The position numbers were made by a program, and so were the translations under genes. Below, one piece after another: positions 40,669 through 43,216 of a stretch of 43,216 nt of DNA. Position 1 is the stretch's first letter; the number at the start of each line of letters is the position of its first letter. The stretch is from Craspedostauros australis (lineage: Eukaryota): NCBI GenBank assembly GCA_030167865.1, contig JALAGF010003606.1, positions 62,001 through 105,216 of the forward strand, given 5' to 3'. The notes beneath the pieces are model-generated. The model worked only from the letters and a program-made list of their open reading frames with translations, was not told where the DNA came from and did not search any database.

Positions 40669-43216
40669 TAGTCAGCCACATACGGGCACAGTCCAGCCCG
40701 AACCGCGACGGACCCAACAACACCGGACGCTCGAGATCGGATGATTCGAACGACCAACTACGACACCTGGGGCAACGGACGGACAACAAGCCGGCCACCC
40801 AAATCAGAATAGCCGCCCTCAACGTGGGCAGCATACCACCGGACGCCACAGATCCAAAGAACGACGACCTATGGCAAACGATCAAGCAGCACAAGATCGA
40901 CATCCTCATGCTCACAGAGGTCGGCCTCAACTGGAGCAAAATCTCCACGGAGGAAACCCTGAACCGCAGAGCAGACCAGCATCTGAAGATGACAAAGACA
41001 AGCACAGCCCACTGCCATACAATGAACCACAGCCCAAGACAATGGGGAGGCACAGCGATAGTGGTGCACGGAAAAATTGCAGGAAGAGTCCTCGCTCGAG
41101 AAAACGACCCGGAAAAGTGCGGAAGATGGGCGAGCGTACTCCTACAAGGCAGGCAGGGCATCAAGGTCCGCGCGGTGTCGGTGTACGTCCCCAACAAATC
41201 GACGCACACAGCGGGCACAGTCTACAACCAACAAGCCGTCCGAGCTGCGCTGCGACAGTCTACGTTAGACCCCATCGACCTCCTCATCCAAGACCTCAGC
41301 GCCCAAATAACGCAATGGAAACAGGCAGGGGAGTCAGTCGTCATCGGAGGAGACGTGAACATGGATATCAGGAGGTCCAAAATTGCCAACATGATGTCAA
41401 CAGCAGGCCTACACGAACACCACACCGCGGCCATAACGCAACCCTACGCTACTATGATCAGAAACAGGAGCAACATCCCCATTGATGGCATCTGGACCAC
41501 GAGCGATGTCAGACCGACACAACTTGGTGCCACACCCTACGGCAGTTGGGACCACAGGACGATATGGATGGACGTGGGCGAAGCCAGCCTCTTCGGGCCC
41601 ACCAAACTGCCTACAACGCCGTTCCGTGGTCGCAGACTCCAGATGAACCAACCAGCAACAGTACGGAAATACAAGCAAGCCTACACCGCCCAAGCAGAAA
41701 CACTCCAGCTCCTACGACGGGCGCAGGCGCTCAATGACGAAATCGGAGCAGGCCCAATCTCGACGCTGCAGGCTCAGCAACTGGAAGCTCTGGACAACGA
41801 CAGAGTGGCTGCCATGTTGCAAGCAGAGCGCAAGTGCCGGAAAGTGCGTGCAGGACATGTGCCATTTTCACCGCTAATGGCGAAGCTGCACTGGGAACAC
41901 CAGTTCTGGACCCTCAGCGTCAAACGCCGAAAGGGACATCAGATCCACGGGCGGACCATCGACAAAGCCAAAAAGAAGGCCAAGTTAACAGTACGCACCA
42001 AGGAAATGACGACGGCAGAAATGCAGCAGCGAAAGAACGCGGCATGGAAGGAGTACAAACACGAAAAACGCAACGCAGACAACCACAGAAGGACGTTCTT
42101 GGCGGAAGATGAAGAGGAAGAAACACGATCAGGGCGCGACACATCCAAATACCGAGCGCAAATACTCCAGCGCGAAGAGACCAAAGCCACATACAGACGC
42201 ATCAAGTGGTCGCTACAAGCCGATGGATCAGACGCGCAAGTCTCGATAGTGGTGAACGACGGCCCCGGAGGCGACGGCCAGCTTCTCACTTCGGGCGAAG
42301 ACGTCGCCAAAGCATGCTGCAACAACAATGTGGACAAGTACAGCCAGGCATGGAGAGCGGAGGTGTGCCAAAGGCCCTTGAAACACGCGCTTGGACGATA
42401 TGGCACCAACACTGCAGCCACGGCTGTGCTCCAAGGAATCGTCCCAACTCAAATCGAGACCAGCACCCGGGACCTCCTCCAGGCACTCAAACAGCCTGCG
42501 ACAGCCACGGAATGGAACCCCAGTCAACTCCAGATCAGTCCGTCAGACCACTCCCAAGGATGGGCAAAGATCAAGGAGAGCACCTCGTCCGGGCCGTCAG
42601 GAGTCCACTTCGGGTGTTGGAAAGTGAATGCTACCGACACAACATTGGCAACCATCGATGCCATCCTGCGCGAGATCCCGTATCGCACAGGGTACAGCCT
42701 CAAGCGATGGCAACAGTGCGTGGACATCCAGCTCCGTAAGAAGCCTGGAGATCTATCAGTCACCAAGACCCGGACCATCGGACTCATGGAGGGCGATTTC
42801 AACATGAATAATCGCCTCCTGGGGAAGCAGGCCCGTGCTCATGCCGAGGCACAAGGCACCATCGCAGCCGAACAATACGGCAGCAGGAAGGCCCACACAG
42901 CCCAAGAGGTCCTGCTCAACTCGGTGCTAATCGACGACATCCACAGGGTCACTGGTGAACACTATGCAGTATGCTCGAACGACGCGAAAGGATGCTACGA
43001 CCGCATCGCCCACTCCATCTTCAGCTTGGCCCTTCAACGACAAGGAGTACCCACGCCGCCAATCGCCAGCACGCTAAACACGCTCCAGTCTATGACACAC
43101 AGAATCCGCACAGCGGCCGGAACATCAGAAGCATCGTACTCGGGCAAACAACGCCGCAACCACCTGCAAGGCCTCGTGCAAGGACTCGGATCGGCGCCAA
43201 CCGGTTGGCTACTCAT
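40665..43216 (+). CDS. Retrotransposon ORF2: apurinic endonuclease-like domain + reverse transcriptase (3'-truncated by the window)
   Basis: Manual translation is open for 850 codons to the edge. APE motifs IRIAALNVGS, DILMLTEVGLNW, QWGGTAI, GRWASV, VSVYVP, VIGGDVN, PIDGIW, DHRTIW. RT motifs ESTSSGPSGVHFG, RTIGLMEGDFN, EQYGSRK, SNDAKGCYDRIAH, GLVQGLGSAP.GW. Confidence 0.95.
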   Translation, partial: MIVSHIRAQSSPNRDGPNNTGRSRSDDSNDQLRHLGQRTDNKPATQIRIAALNVGSIPPDATDPKNDDLWQTIKQHKIDILMLTEVGLNWSKISTEETLNRRADQHLKMTKTSTAHCHTMNHSPRQWGGTAIVVHGKIAGRVLARENDPEKCGRWASVLLQGRQGIKVRAVSVYVPNKSTHTAGTVYNQQAVRAALRQSTLDPIDLLIQDLSAQITQWKQAGESVVIGGDVNMDIRRSKIANMMSTAGLHEHHTAAITQPYATMIRNRSNIPIDGIWTTSDVRPTQLGATPYGSWDHRTIWMDVGEASLFGPTKLPTTPFRGRRLQMNQPATVRKYKQAYTAQAETLQLLRRAQALNDEIGAGPISTLQAQQLEALDNDRVAAMLQAERKCRKVRAGHVPFSPLMAKLHWEHQFWTLSVKRRKGHQIHGRTIDKAKKKAKLTVRTKEMTTAEMQQRKNAAWKEYKHEKRNADNHRRTFLAEDEEEETRSGRDTSKYRAQILQREETKATYRRIKWSLQADGSDAQVSIVVNDGPGGDGQLLTSGEDVAKACCNNNVDKYSQAWRAEVCQRPLKHALGRYGTNTAATAVLQGIVPTQIETSTRDLLQALKQPATATEWNPSQLQISPSDHSQGWAKIKESTSSGPSGVHFGCWKVNATDTTLATIDAILREIPYRTGYSLKRWQQCVDIQLRKKPGDLSVTKTRTIGLMEGDFNMNNRLLGKQARAHAEAQGTIAAEQYGSRKAHTAQEVLLNSVLIDDIHRVTGEHYAVCSNDAKGCYDRIAHSIFSLALQRQGVPTPPIASTLNTLQSMTHRIRTAAGTSEASYSGKQRRNHLQGLVQGLGSAPTGWLL

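Larger units (their letters stand above)
37850..43216 (+). mobile_element. Non-LTR retrotransposon (APE-type, Ambal-like); 3' part outside the window, 5' boundary approximate
   Basis: Shift to A/C-rich, T-poor composition. 5' UTR, long ORF1 and an APE-RT ORF2, with no stops or frameshifts seen. Confidence 0.92.

Noticed and set aside
40871-42805. Short ORFs listed inside the retroelement ORF2 region
   Set aside because: Out-of-frame or antisense to the continuous APE-RT frame starting at 40665.

Overview
Eukaryotic, gene-dense genomic DNA with few GT-AG introns, most likely from a diatom (inferred from DUF6824, HSF, kinase-less LRR receptor-like, RI-like LRR and Ambal-type retroelement content). 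In order: 5'-truncated neutral ceramidase (two exons visible); RI-like LRR protein; bacterial-type SAP/DUF6434 gene with a single 1-nt frameshift; Pkr1-like ER protein head-to-head with GPI transamidase subunit GAA1; a low-complexity hypothetical ORF; a multi-DUF6824 protein; an intronless bacterial-type GH55 exo-beta-1,3-glucanase; a membrane-anchored LRR protein with a mucin-like tail; a spliced CENP-B/pogo-type double-HTH gene lacking the DDE domain; a heat-shock transcription factor; a hypothetical membrane protein; and exon 1 of an MDP-1 phosphatase. The MDP-1 intron appears interrupted by an intact non-LTR retrotransposon: a cysteine-free 870-aa ORF1 overlapping by ATGA an APE-endonuclease/RT ORF2 that runs off the window and is missing from the supplied ORF track. 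Family assignments come from recalled motifs, not database searches.
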